Shown: positions 1 to 13,300, counted from the stretch's first letter. The stretch is 64,000 bases of DNA from Azolla caroliniana (GCA_043228905.1 JBHGNT010000020.1:4650001-4714000), one strand, 5' to 3'. Notes: generated by a model from the letters alone, not told the origin. Translations and numbers: made by a program.

Positions 1-1502
1 CCATGGCAGACATGCTGTCGAGGGCAAGATTTTCAAATGGAAGTAACATGGTTTCGGAAGATGAAGATGTTGCCCTCGACTTCTTCAAGATGGCTCGATT
101 GTCGGCGGAAGACCAGGACATGCAAACCCTCCACGCCTTCAACAAGAATGAGTACGAAGGAGAATGGTTACTCATCGGTAGATTGCTAAGAACATTGACG
201 ACAGATGCTTCGTTGACAAAGGAGGAGGCCCTATGAATCCGAAAGAAAGCTTACCGATACTTCTTGAAGGGAGGATTCCTTTGGCGACATCCAAAAAGAA
301 GGACAGGAATACCACGTCGAGTGGTGGTAAAGAAAGAAGAGCAAGAGACGCTGATGACCAAATTCCACGAGAGTGCTTGGGCAGGTCATAGAGGAACATG
401 GGCGATGTTCGAAAAATTGAAGGAGAAGTACTGGTGGCCAAGAATGTACAAAGATGTACTCCATTTCGTGTCCACATGTGAAACTTGCCAAATATATTCA
501 AATATACGTCATCGTGATGAGTTAAAGCCGACATACCCACTCACCATTCACTTTAAATGGATGGTGGATCTGGTCTCAATGCCAATGGGAGTGGGACAAA
601 TGAAGTACTTAGCGCTGGCAAGGGAAGACTTGACAAATCAAGTGGAAGGACGAGCCTTGACAAATAAGATGACTTCAGCTGTTTGTAAATTTTTACTTGA
701 AGATGTTGTTTGCCGATATGGATGTGTAGGGAAGATAGTGGTCGACCGAGGGGAGTTGGACGCGCTCGAAGCGACGGAGCTCTTCGAAAGACTAGGCGTG
801 AAGCTCTCCCTCACGACTGCCTACAATCCGGAAGCAAATGGGAAGATCGAGCGAGGGCATGGACCTATCGTTAAAGCCATCGTACGGGCATGCAACGGTC
901 GAGTCGGGAATTGGCCACGACTATTACCCTATGCCTTGTGGGCCGATAGAACGACACATAGCTCGGTGACAGGGTATATGCCGACGGAGCTTATGTATGG
1001 ACAAAAGCCGATTATGCCCATCGAAAGGACGATCGCCTCATGGGTAGCGATATCGTGGGAGAACGAGATGAGCCGAGAAGAGTTATTAGCGGCGCGGATA
1101 AGGCAACTTCAAAGAAGACCTGAAGATTTAGAAAAAGCACGAAAGATGATGAAGGCAGCCCGAGTAAAGAACAAAGTTCGGTTCGACAACACGCATCGAC
1201 TTCGTCCCAAGAAGATTGAAGAAGGGGATTGGGTTTTGGTTTACGACAACACCCTTGACAATCAACATAGTACAATAAGGAAGTTCGCAAGAAGATGGTT
1301 CGGGCCGTATGTGGTGACAAGTGCCAACGATAATGCCACATACCGCCTTGCAGAACTAGACGGATCAAGGTTGGTCGTACCCATTGCGGGAAAAAGAGTA
1401 AAGCTTTTCAAGAAAAGACAAGACAAGGATCCTGACCTCGATTACCTCGACGATGAACATAATAAACCGGATGAAAATGAAGACATAGAGGAATCTAATT
1501 GA
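1..1502 (+). pseudogene. Ty3/gypsy pol 3' end (end of RNase H region, H2C2 zinc finger, rve integrase, GPY motif); runs off window start
   Basis: ORFs 3-236 and 264-1502 share a frame and are split by one TGA. Motifs: HESAWAGH..CETC, DRGE, YNPEANGKIER, WFGPY. Confidence 0.9.
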
Positions 1503-1574
1503 ACATCGTAGCCGAAATCTCACTTCTTCTCTTCTTGGCACGTACCGGAGGACGTGCGGTTTGGTGGGGGTGGA

Positions 1575-2645
1575 TGTCGTGAAGATTTTCGGCAATAGTG
1601 TGAAAATCCCATAAAACGTACGAAATCGAGTATAAATCACATAATACAATAATTGTGAAGATAACATTTTTTATCTAAGTACAAAATGATGGAGGTTTCG
1701 AATGCACTTTATTACACGAGAAATGGACAACTAAATGTCAAGATATGAGGGTATAAAGTTTGTGAAAAGAAAAGAGAAAATTGGGAGATATCCCACATAG
1801 GCACAACAAATACGACTCTCATCATATATAAGGTGGAGCAAAAGATATTATCTTTGTTGTGTCTATGTGTGGAGCATAGAGAGTTCAAGGTAACTTGAAC
1901 TAAGAGTGGAGGTGGCTAGCTACTCGTAAAGGGTTTTGGCCAACCAAAACCGAACCAGCGATGGAGCCGGTGATCCGACGGCATCCGGCACCGGTAACCG
2001 ACGGCATTCGGCGACGGCATCCGGCGACGCACCGGTAACCGACGGCATCCGGCGAACCGGCGACTAGATAAATAAATATATAAATATATATATACATATT
2101 TACATATACAAGGAGGGCAAGTAAGGATTCAAACCTTGCACCTCCAAGTTAGGAGTCAATTGGCTTACCATTAAGCCATGCTATTTAGTTGAAATTATAT
2201 TTTTATCATTGTACTTTTACATGTAAATTCTCATACATGAGAGCTAAAATGAGTGACATGGTTATCATGCACCACATGTAATACTTAAGCGCCAAATGGC
2301 AAACATGCAATTTATGCATGTCTTGTACCCTCACATGCATCATATGCATGAGAGCATCTATAAAAGAGGGAAGGGGGAGGAGAAAAAACACGGTTTTTTT
2401 TTATGAAATTAAGAAGAAGAAATTCGTTATCAAATTGATCGTGTAACTTGTTTCTTAAATCTAAAGTTAAAAGTTCAATCAATCTCTCTCAATCGTTTAA
2501 TCTCAACTTCTCTCTTTCCCAATCTATCATAAGTACTTTCTCGCTAAAGCTTGCGCCAAAGCTTGTATCGACTTTGAATCCTTCCGGTCCAGAACCCCGA
2601 CGGTTCCGCCTCACGATCCGCGCATAGTGACGGATCTTCACGACA
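1575..2645 (+). mobile_element. 3' LTR of the gypsy element above (1071 bp)
   Basis: Follows purine tract TGGTGGGGGTGGA. Perfect 12-bp terminal inverted repeat TGTCGTGAAGAT...ATCTTCACGACA. TATA-like CTATAAAA near 2357. Confidence 0.9.
2113..2184 (-). other. Degenerate tRNA-like (Pol III A/B-box) module inside the LTR
   Basis: Minus strand reads TGGCTTAATGGTAAGCC (A box, D arm GCTT/AAGC), CTCCTAA loop, then GCAAGGTTTGAATCCTTAC (B box, T arm). Confidence 0.55.
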
Positions 2646-4744
2646 GCAACATCATTCATTTTTCCCATAACACAGAAAGGACCTAATCGCCAATAATCCA
2701 ACTTCTCGCATGGGCAAGTAGTCTTGATGTTTCGTCGAAGTAGCCATACCCGATCTCCAATATTAAAACTGGATGGAAGCCGATAACGATCCGTGTAAAC
2801 GTTGTGTGTTTGTTGAGCTTGTTGTAGATGAGTAGATAAATCGGCTTGTATCTTGCGTAACCGCTCCAAACAATCCTTTGTGCAAGGATTTGTGAGTAAC
2901 TCTGGGGTTTCAAATACACACCACCAGGGGTGCCGACCCGTATAAGCATAAAATGGTGTAACCTTTGTCGATGAGTGGACAGAGTTATTATACGCAAATT
3001 CGATGAAGTGGAGAATATCCGCCCAGTCATCTTGATGATCGGTTAGAAAGCACCGAAGATACTGCTCCAACGTTTGATTTGTTTGTTCTGCTTGGCCGTC
3101 GGTTTGTAGGTGGTAGCCGGAGGAGACGTTACATGTGACCTTGAGGATTTTAAAGAGGTGCTTCCTAATTTTCAAGACGAATTGAGGTCCACGGTCGCTA
3201 ATGATACTATCAAGAAGGCCATGATGCCAACATACTTCACACATGACAAATTCAACGGTTTCATCACTGGAGATTTCCTTAGTACATGGCAAAAAATGGG
3301 CCATCTTCGTATATCAATCTACTAGTGTTAAGATCGCATCAAATCCATTAGAGACCAAAATATTTATGATGAAATCTAGAGCAATGGATTGCCACAGCTT
3401 GCTTGGAATTGGTGATGGTTCTAATAAACCATATGGATGATGCCTTGGCATTTTTGCTCTCCAACATGTATCACAAGTCCGAACAAAATCTTCGACAAAT
3501 TGTCGCATATGGGGCCACCAAAATGATCGTTGTACTAAATCTAATGTTTTTGTACTACCAAAATGCCCAGTTGTATATGTGTCTTGACAGTTTTGGACTA
3601 CTCGAAGGCGACAAGAACCATTAGGAACATACAAGAGTTTCTTAAAGAATAGTAATCCATCACAACATTCGAATTGTCGATAGTCCGTACCTGGTTGTTG
3701 CGACTATGAACAAGATGCTCGAGAGGGATCAATTTGTGCTAGAATGGCTTGGGCGAAAGCATCTTTCTTCAAGTCCTCACGTATGGTATCGATAACATGG
3801 GAATCCGAGGGCATACCGAAGACCTGTGTTGCTTGCAATCGTTCTAGTCCTAGGATTACTTGCTTTTGGTTATTGAAAGTCGGTTCGCCAAGACGTGGTG
3901 CTAGATACGAGTGTCGTGATAATGCATCTGCCTTCCCTTGTTGCTTCCCCAGACGATATGTAATTTTGAAGTTGAAACGAGTGAGGAATTGGGCCCACCG
4001 AGCTTGACGTCGATTTAACACATGAGCATTCTGAAAGTAGGCAAGGTTTTTTTGATCACTGAATATGGTGACTTGATGAGAAGATCCCTCTAGAAAATGC
4101 CTCCATTGCATAAAAGAGTCCACTATTGCTAATAGCTCCTTATCATGAATTTCATAGTTGATTTTGGTGGCATCCAACTTGCATGCATCACCTTGTTGTG
4201 ATAGAATGCTACCCAACGCGAAATCTGACACATCTGACCGGAGAATAGGAGCTGATGTAAATGCCTTCTTAAGAACCTCAAAAGCCATGTCTGCTTCTTC
4301 AAACCAAACAAACGATTGTCCCTTCCAGGTGAGTTGTGTTAGAGGCAGAACGAGCTTTGAGTAATCCTATATAAACTTGCGGTAGAAATTGGCAAAGCCT
4401 AAAAAGCATTGCACATCTCGCAACGAACGCGCAAAGTTTGCCACTTTACCACCATTTTGGCCTTAGCTGGATCCATGGAGATGCTTCCGAGGAAATGACA
4501 TAGCCTAGAAATTCTACATGGTTGGACTCAAAACTATATTTTTTCCGCTTTGCATAAAGACCATGTTCTCGAAGTCATTTTAGTAGTAATAGTACATGAG
4601 AATCATGCCATTCTTGGGTCTTCAAATAAATCAGTAGATCATCCAAATAGATGATCAGACAAACATCCAAGAGATCTCAGAATATATCATGTGCCATGTG
4701 CTAGAAGACTGTTGGCGCATTAGTGAGGCTGAATGGCATGACGA
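2646..4744 (-). pseudogene. Decayed Ty3/gypsy (chromovirus/Tcn1-like) pol: RT C-terminus, RNase H, integrase
   Basis: NYEIHDKELLAIV, LNRRQARWAQFL, GHFG..CDTC, SDRGPQF, QTDGQAE, LGPF motifs with many stops and frameshifts. Confidence 0.9.
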
Positions 4745-6178
4745 TGTCGTGTGGTTTTTCACACACGATATGAAAACTAATAAAATAGGTATTTATGATT
4801 AGCTTAATAGATTGATATGGAAAGATAGATGTCTTCAAGAGCTTCATAATGCATTTTACTACACATGAAACAGATAACCAAGTATCAAGTTATGTGAGTG
4901 TGAAGTTTGAGAAGACGAGGAAAACAGAATTGTGAAATATCCCACATAGATAGGAAACTTTTGGATCCAGCACTATATAAGTAGACCGAGAACCATTAGT
5001 TTATATCTATGTGTTAACAGCATAGAAGGAATGTTGGAACTTGGGCTACACTATCCAGATGGACTGATGTGGCTTAACTACATGTAATGGTTTTGACGAC
5101 GGAACCGAACCGGATGGACGAACGACGACAGATCTGAAATTGGGACCAGACGGCGACAGAACCGGACCGAACGTAAGTGGAATTGGATGGCGACGGGACC
5201 GAACGGAACTGAACAACGACGGTCGAGATGAACGGATCATGCACGGCCTGAACTTTACAGATGATAGGATCATGCATCGAAGTAAAGTAAAGTAAAGTAA
5301 AGTAAAGTAAAGTAAAGGTTATGTGAACGCATGCAACTAAAGTCAAACTTTATGTAAAGTAAAGGTCATGTGGATGCATGCAATTGAACTCAAGATAGAA
5401 ACTGGAGTTCCTTCATGCAAGTGTGAGAAGCGAGGAGAAAGTTATCTCTCAATAATCCATAGATCCTAATGGTCCTTAGCGCTTCGAAGCCATCTTTTGG
5501 GCGGGAAAAAAACCCTAATTTTCCTTACGGAAGTTATCTCTCAGAAACCCTAATTTTCTTTACAGAAGTTATCTCTCGATAATCCATAGATCCTAATGGT
5601 CCTTAGGGGATCGAAGCCATCTTTTGGGGGGGAAAACCCTAATTTTTTGGTCGAAGCCAAAAAACCTAATTTTCCTCATGGAAGCTCTCTCACATAAATC
5701 CTAATTTTCCTTACAGAAGTGATCTCTCAAAAACCCTAATTTTCCTTACGGAAGCCATATCTCTCATATAACCATAATTTTCCTTACGGAAGCCATATCT
5801 CTCGAATAACCCTAATTTTTTTTCTTATGAAAGCCATATCTCATAAATTTGAATTCTAATTATCTTATTGAATCCATCTCTTATCGAAGCCAAAAACCCT
5901 AATTTTCTTATATCACCCAAAAACCTTAATTTTTCTTACGGAAGCCATATCTCTAAAAAACCCTAATTTGTCTTATCTATTAATCTCTTTAAACCGAAAC
6001 TTCTGTAATCCCAATCTTGGGATTGATTGTAATTTTTCTTTTCCTTTTGTAATGAAAAATAACAAATTTTCTGATTTTCGTTAATTCTTAATACATAACG
6101 CACGAATCTGATATCCTCTGGTGGAAGGCCCCGGGGTCCTACCTCAAGTTCACGTGTCTTTGTCATATTTTCACGACA
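4745..6178 (+). mobile_element. Solo LTR of the TGTCGT...ACGACA gypsy family inserted in RT
   Basis: TGTCGTG...CACGACA termini. Shares ATATCCCACATAG and TATATAAG blocks with the 1575 LTR. Splits the RT motif [11 protein letters not shown]|VMPF, with a degenerate 4-bp TSD (ACGA/ATGG). Confidence 0.85.
5435..5970. repeat. Degenerate ~35-40 bp tandem array containing telo-box-like AAACCCTAA; (AAGTA)n at about 5279-5316
   Basis: About a dozen units of AACCCTAATTTTCCTTACGGAAGCCATATCTCTC. Confidence 0.8.
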
Positions 6179-6958
6179 ATGGTATAGTCGAAGTGCCCAT
6201 ATCTGGTGCGAAACATGGTCTTCCATTCATCTCCTGGTCGGATCCGTACGAAGTTATATGCTCGTCGTAAGTCGATCTTTATGAAGAACCTTGAACCATT
6301 GATTCGTTCTCAAAGACTTGAGATAAGGGGAAGTGTGTACCTATTCCTAATGGTGACCTTATTCAAGCCATAGTAATCTACAACGAGACGAAGTGATCCA
6401 TCCTTTTTCTTCACGAAGAAAATGGGTGCCCCGGCTAGAGATTTCGAATGTTGAATGAAACCATTTGCCAAATTCTCCTCTATATAGGCTCGAAGGACTT
6501 CTAGCTTGGTTGGTGAAAAATTGTAGATCGGCCCCCATGGTGGCTCTTTTCCTGGTTGTAAATCAATGGGGCAATCATACGGTCGATGGTGAGGAAGCGT
6601 ATTGGCTTGTACTTTATCGAACACATCAGCATAATGATGATACTTCTCTGGAAGTTGAACGATGAACTCCTCTTTAGTGGTGCTGGAGGGTTTTACTGAT
6701 ACCGCGAAGAGAAACATTTCTTCCTTGTGGTCTTCCTCACACAACTGATGTAGCGAAATGGTTGCAATCTTATGAGTAGATCCTCGGGTTTGTCGATACC
6801 GGATTTCTCTTGTTCTCTAATCTATGTCTGGGTTATGTAATTCGAACCATGGTAATCCCAAAACAATGGGATGTTCTGGGATATTAATTATATTAAAGGA
6901 TACTACACACGCTAAATTATCTAGGACAATATTAACAGGCTCTGACTCTTCTATGATA
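6179..6958 (-). pseudogene. Same minus-strand gypsy element: RT N-terminus and protease C-terminus
   Basis: [40 protein letters not shown]. Confidence 0.88.
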
Positions 6959-9900
6959 TGTTGAGCGGCAAGCTCAACTGGATCCAGATCGGCTGAATAA
7001 GCCTGAGCCAGATCGGTGAGCCGGTGAGCCGGTGAGCCGGGTAGTCGTATTAGAGCGGTAACCGGAAGCCTAGTAGTAGCCTAGACTACTAGGTAATCAT
7101 TGTCTCATAGTTAGTATCAGATGCTCGTGTGAGCATTGAAGTACATTGTACTTCTGTTAGTCCTTCTAAGGACTTGTATAAATAGTGTCGTTGAGCAAGT
7201 TGTATATACAGAGAATTTTTGTAATAGATGAACCGTTGTCTGCTCTCTTTGTCTCTCCTACGTACTCATACTTTTTGTGTGTGTTGAGTTCTGTTAATCT
7301 ATCTCTCTCACACACTCTCTCTATTGCTATCTGGCTGAGCCGGTATTGATCAAATGCTTCCGCACTTTAACGTTTACACGGTATCAGAGCGCGAGGGTTG
7401 AGAACCTCTGCCGCCGATAGACGCCTTTGAAGATGAACCCTAGCACCTGGTAACAACTGACAAAGAGAAGATATGGACAGAGGAATGACGAGTTCACTTC
7501 CAACAGAGAAGCTCGACCAGAGAAACTACGCGTCCTGGTCATATAAAATGCACCAGGACCTACTGGGGCATGGATATTGGAGCTTCGTGGAAGGAACAAA
7601 TGAAGTAGCGCCGGAGTCGTCACACAAGGACTTCCTGGTATGAGAGCAAGGAGCGAGCCAAGTATTGTACTGCCTTCCGTCCTATGTGCACGACCAGATG
7701 CTTGGCTACATCAAGGATGCAAAGACGCCGAAGGAGGCCTGGGAAAATCTACAAAAGATTTTCTCCGTGAGTACCACAGCCCGTAAGTTGTAGCTCCGAC
7801 AAGAGTTGAACAACATTCGGCAAAGAGACATGTCGGTTATAGACTACACCACCAAGATAAAGGAGATTTGCGACGCGCTCGGGTCCATCAACGTGACAGT
7901 GGACGAAGAGAAGATGGTACAAGTCTACCTAGGTGGTCTAGCGCAAAGGTACGGGCCAATCCCGACAACGATCTACATGCGGGAGAAGCCATCGTCCTTC
8001 TTTGACTTGTAATCAATGTTGCTGGTCAAAGAAAACCACGTGAGTGGGTCTAGGACCACTCAATCTAACGGACGGATGTTGTACACAGAGACAGATTTGC
8101 CCCGTGGACGTGGTGGACGAGGTGGGTCGGCACGCAATGGTAGAGGCCGGCAAGAGCAAGACCGAAGGCACAAAGACCGTGCCGACAACAGTTCCGGACC
8201 CTCCACAAGCAAGCGGCGCCGAAAACCAGCAAGGAAAAGCCGACACGGAATGTTGGTATTGTGGTAAAAAGGGCCACAGAGAAAGCGAGTGTTGGAAGAA
8301 GCACGCCGATTCGTACAAATACGGATCCGGCAAGGCCGGTCAGGGGAACCAACAAGCTTGCACTACACGGAAGGATCAGAAGGATCTGGAACCGGGAAGG
8401 CCGGTAAAGGGCCAGCCTTTGTAATGAGACATGAGGCAAACTCGATGAAGAAGACTACTTTCAAATCGGAGGAAGTATGGTACGTTGATTTCGGTGCGTC
8501 AAACCACATGACAAGCCAAGAAGAGTGGTTCTCCTTTCTAGAGAAACCGGAACAACCAGGAGTCGTTGAAACCGAAGATGACACTCCACACCCAATTATG
8601 CATGTCTGAGAAGTCCCTTTGAGGCATGTCGGACAAAAGGGGAAGCTGATTAACATACTACACGTTCCGATGATCACAAAGAACCTAGTATCAGTCAGAC
8701 AAATCGTCGACCAGGGGATGCAGGTGCAGTTCACACACCTAGGGTGCTTCATCAAGGAAGAGGGCCGAATTATTGCACAAGGGCGCAAAGATGGGAGGAT
8801 GTTCATCCTCGACACCAACGATGTCAGCACCGCCTTGTTTGCCAAAGGACAAAAGACTGAATCGGACATTGATCTCTAGCACATGCGGATTGGCCACGTC
8901 AATTACCGGAGGCTTCAAGACCTACAATCGAAACAAGTTGTGTTCGGATTGCCGAAGTTTAGTGGCCGGAAGGCCCAAATTTGTGAAGCCTGCCAGCTCG
9001 GGAAGCGACACCGACTTCCATTCCCCACCGAACGAAACCGGAGCCATAATAAGCTCAACCTAATCCATTCAGATATATGGGGACTGGCACAGAACGTTAT
9101 TCTTGGCGGCAGTCGATACTTCGTCTCCTTCATCAACGACTACAGCTGGCACACTTGGATCTACCTCATCGAGCGAAAGAGCGAAGTCTTCGAGTGTTTC
9201 TGGAACCTTCAAAGCTTGGTTGAACGGGAAACAGAGAGGAAGATCAAGTGCCTATGGTCAGATGGCAGAAAGGAATATTTTTCCGGCCAATTCAACAATT
9301 ATCTGCAACAGAAAGGAATTCGGCGAGAATTCACTTGCAGATACACACCGGAACAAAACAGTGTAGCCGAAAGGAAGAACCGGTCGATTGTCGACGTGCC
9401 AAGGGCAATGCTGGAGGAGAAGAGCATGCCCAAGTTCTATTGGGCTGAGGCGGTCTGGATGGCCATTTACATCCAAAACTAGATCGGTGACAAGGTGTCA
9501 GCACATGAGCTGTACTTTGGGCGAAAGCCGAATTTAAGACACCTTCGGGTATTCGGTAGCATAGCATATGTGCATGTTCCGGATGAGAAGCGGAGAAAGC
9601 TGGACCCAAAGTTGGAGAAGTGCATCCTCGTCGGTTACTCGCATGACCAAAAGGGGTATAAGTGTTATAACCCCCGGATGAAGCAGGTTCAAGTAAGCCA
9701 GGATGTCGAATTTGATGAATCGGCATCATGGCACTCCTTACCGACTCTAATGTCTTACTCTGACCCGATACCGGAGGATGAGGCTAGGGAACCTGAACTG
9801 GTTCAGATAGAAGATGATGAGCTCGAGACTCTAGATGAGAGTCCGGAATCATTTCGGTTGAGTGGGCTGAAGGAGTGACTGGGTCAAACTGACCAATCGG

Positions 9901-12821
9901 ATGATGAACCGGTGAGTAGTGGAGACTTTGTCGTGCTCTCCCCGCGCAAGGAACCAAGGAGATAGTTCACGCACAAAAAGAAAGGGAAGCAGAAGATGTC
10001 GGGATACACAACCGGCAACGATGTGTCGGATCGGAGCGGATCCGACTCCGCAAATGAGGAAGGCGGACCTTTGGCAACGAAATCCGAACCAGCCAAGAAG
10101 GGCCCCAAACCGGGTAACGGTGCATTACGTCGGCCGTCCCGCTAGAAGAAACCTGTTAAGTGGTATGGATACAACAAGTACATGGTGCATCACTATGCGT
10201 ACATGACCAAGGTGGCAAAAGTGCGTGAGCCAGAGAGCTACGCAGAAGCGGCAAAGGACGCAAATTGGCATGCCGCTATGGAGGAAAAAATGCGGGCACT
10301 TGATGCCAATGACACATGGGACCTCGTTAACCCTCCCTGACATTGTAAACCAATCAGTTGCAAATGGGTGTACAAGGTAAAGTACAATGCCGACGGTTCA
10401 GTTAACCGGTACAAGGCCCGGTTAGTGGCAAAGGGATACGCTTAGACCCACGGAATCGACTACGACAAGACCTTCGCTCCGGTAGCGAAGATGACGACGG
10501 TTCGTGTGGTACTGGCGGTTGTCGCGGCAAGGGGGTGGCATCTTCACTAGATGGATGTGAAGAATGCATTTCTTCAAGGCGACCTTCAAGAAGAGGTCTT
10601 TATGATCCAACCACCCGGATTTCAGTCGGAGATGAAAAAGTTGGCAAGATGTCGGCTCAAGAAGTCGCTTTACGGTTTGAAACAAGCCCCCCGAGTTTGG
10701 AATGCGAAGATCACGCACCGGTTGCGTAAGATGGCGTTTGTGGCCTCTAAATCCGACTCATCGTTGTTCATCCGGCAAGGTCCGGACGGTCCGGTTTGCA
10801 TCTTGCTCTATGTAGATGATCTAGTCATCACCAGACCTGGACTCACCGAAATCAGCCGTGTCAAGGCCCAATTGTTGGATGCATTTGAGATGAAGGACCT
10901 AAGGGACCTTCATTATTCCCTTGGAATCGAGGTGATCCGAACCCCCAACGACATATTGCTCTCACAACGACACTATGTGTTAAATATGTTGTACAAATTC
11001 GGCATGACGGAATGTTGACCTGTCGCAACACCCCTAGACCGGAACCAAAAGCTCTGTCCCGACTCCGGACTGGCCTGCAATGAGAAACGGTTCCAACAAA
11101 TTGTCGAAAGCTTGATATACTTGACAATCACTCGACCCGACATCTGTTATCCGGTCGGAGTGATCAGCCAATTCATGCAGAAGCCGACAGTGGAGCACCT
11201 TCAGTGCGCGCAACAAATATTGCGATATGTCAGCGGCACGAAGGACCGGAGACTGCTATACCAAGGAGTTATAACCGAAGAGCTAATCGGATATACAAAT
11301 GCCGACTGGGCCGATGATGCATCGGATCGCCGATCCACCTCTGGTTACATGTTTTCCCTTGGTAGCGCAGCTGTTGCGTGGAGCAGCCAACAGTGGCTCT
11401 GTCGAGCACTGAGGGTGAGTATCGGGGCGCTACCGTTGCCACCTGTGAAGCCATTTGGCTTCGGCAACTGCTGCAAGACCTGCAAATCGAGGTACTAACC
11501 CCGATCTTGATCTACTACGACAACATGAGCAACATTCAGCTCTCCAAGAACCCCGTGTTCCATGCTCGGACAAAGCACATAGTGAACGGGTCCTGAGCGG
11601 TGAAGTTGAACTTCAGTATGTTCAGACGGATCGGCAAGTTGCCGACATCTTTACCAAACCACTTGGATTGGACAAGTTGCAGCACTTCACCGACATGCTT
11701 GGTGTTCAACATCTCGACGTGCCACACTTGAGGGTGAGAACAGGCAAAGGCAAAGAAACTAGTGCCATAACGGGCAAAGGCAAAGAAATTGTTGCCGGCA
11801 CCGGACAAGGAACCGGGAAGGGAAGAACCAACAAAGGGGGAGACGAGAGAAAAAAGGAAGCCAAGTCGATGAAAGAAGTCGGCACGTTTGAACAAGTCCG
11901 AATGAGCGGTAGCGGCGGCAGAGTCAAGAAGGACAGAGCCGACCGGAAGGAGAAGGCCAAGATATGGTCTGATGTGGTGAAGGGCCTAAAACCACAAGAC
12001 GAGTTGGAGAACACCGACTTGGACAAGAGCTGGAACGAATCGGGAGCGACCGATTCAGACAAGAGCGGGAACGGATCGGAGAGAGCCAATTTGATTCAAC
12101 AGTTGGATTCGGATGAGCCTAAGCAACTAAAGGCCAAGTGGACAGAGACGTAGCGGAAGTTGACACCAACACGGAGGAACCGACAGGTCGGCAAGCGCCG
12201 GAGTTGCAACAGCAGTGGAGCTGAATTGGACCTAATGAGTAGACAAGCCGACCGAGGAGGTCGAGGTGCGTAGAACTAGAGGGGTCGCGGCAAAAGGGAC
12301 CGAGCTGGATGAGGAGCGCGAGCAAGGCGGAGTGATGCCAGAAGGAGCCGGGTAGAAGGACCGGCTACCATGAACACTGACACCACGATCCGACCTCAAG
12401 TTGAGCTTGAGGGGGAGTGTTGAACGGCAAGCTCAACCGGATCTGGATCGGCTGAATAAGCCTGAGCCAGATTGGTGAGCTGGGTAACCGGATCAGAGCG
12501 GTAACCGGAAGCCTAGTAGTAGCCTAGACTACTAGGTAGTCATTGTCTCGTAGTTAGTGTTAGACGCTCGTGTGAGCATTGAAGTACACTATACTTCTGT
12601 CAATCCTTCTAAGGACTTGTACAAATAGTGTTGTTGAGCACGTTGTATATACAGAGAATTTTTGTAATAGAAGAACCGTTGTCTGCTCTCTTTGTCTCTC
12701 CTGCGTACTCATACTTTCTGTGTGTGTTGAGTTCTATTAATCTATATCTCTCACACTCTCTCTCTATTGCTATCCAGTTGAGCCGATATTGATCAAACGC
12801 TTCCGCACTTTAACGCTTACA
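6959..12821 (+). mobile_element. Full-length decayed Ty1/copia element (LTRs 6959-7378 and 12418-12821)
   Basis: TG..CA LTR pair, TSD TGATA, PBS (C)GGTATCAGAGC (tRNA-iMet) 7379-7390, PPT GAGGGGGAG. Contains gag zinc knuckle CWYCGKKGHRESEC, integrase, RT (YVDD) and RNase H (ADIFTK). Confidence 0.95.
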
Positions 12822-13183
12822 TGATATTTCTGGAAGCAATGGGACGACCATCAATAACTACTACAGAGGCTGGACATAGGAGTTTTCTTAAGGATATCTG
12901 AAGAGCTTGGGCAAAATTCCTATCCATGAAGCAAGAATTAGATCTGGAATCTAGGAGTTCTGTTAATCTATCTCTCTCACACTCTCTCTCTGTTGCTATC
13001 CAGTTGAGTCGATATTGATCAAACGCTTCCACACTTTAACGTTTACATGATATTTCCGGAATCAATGGGACGACCATCAATAACTACTACAGAGGTTGGA
13101 CACGGGAGTTTTCTTAGGGATATCTAATGAGCTTGGGCAAAATTCCTATCCATGAAGCAAGAATTAGCTCTGGAATCTAGGAG
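12731..13183. repeat. ~226-bp tandem duplication spanning the copia LTR end, its TSD and flanking gypsy protease sequence
   Basis: GTTCT(A/G)TTAATC...TTACA TGATA...GGAATCTAGGAGT occurs at 12731 and 12957, with GAGT microhomology. Confidence 0.9.
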
Positions 13184-13300
13184 TGTTGAGACATGTACTA
13201 GAGAGGTCCTTTTAGTACTAACAGTTACTTGGGCTAAGAACACATTGCTAACTTGCTTAGAGGGAATGGAACCACTAATGGGATGCACAGATCTAGGAAA
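12827..13300 (-). pseudogene. Gypsy aspartic protease N-terminal part (LLDSRANSCF), truncated at about 13300
   Basis: DS(G/R)A active-site motif, continuous with 6179-6958 once the copia is removed. Confidence 0.8.

Noticed and set aside
2113-2184. Functional tRNA-Arg(CCT) gene
   Set aside because: Acceptor and anticodon stems do not pair; kept only as a tRNA-like module.
5510-5970. Interstitial telomere
   Set aside because: AAACCCT occurs singly within ~38-bp units, not as tandem heptamers.
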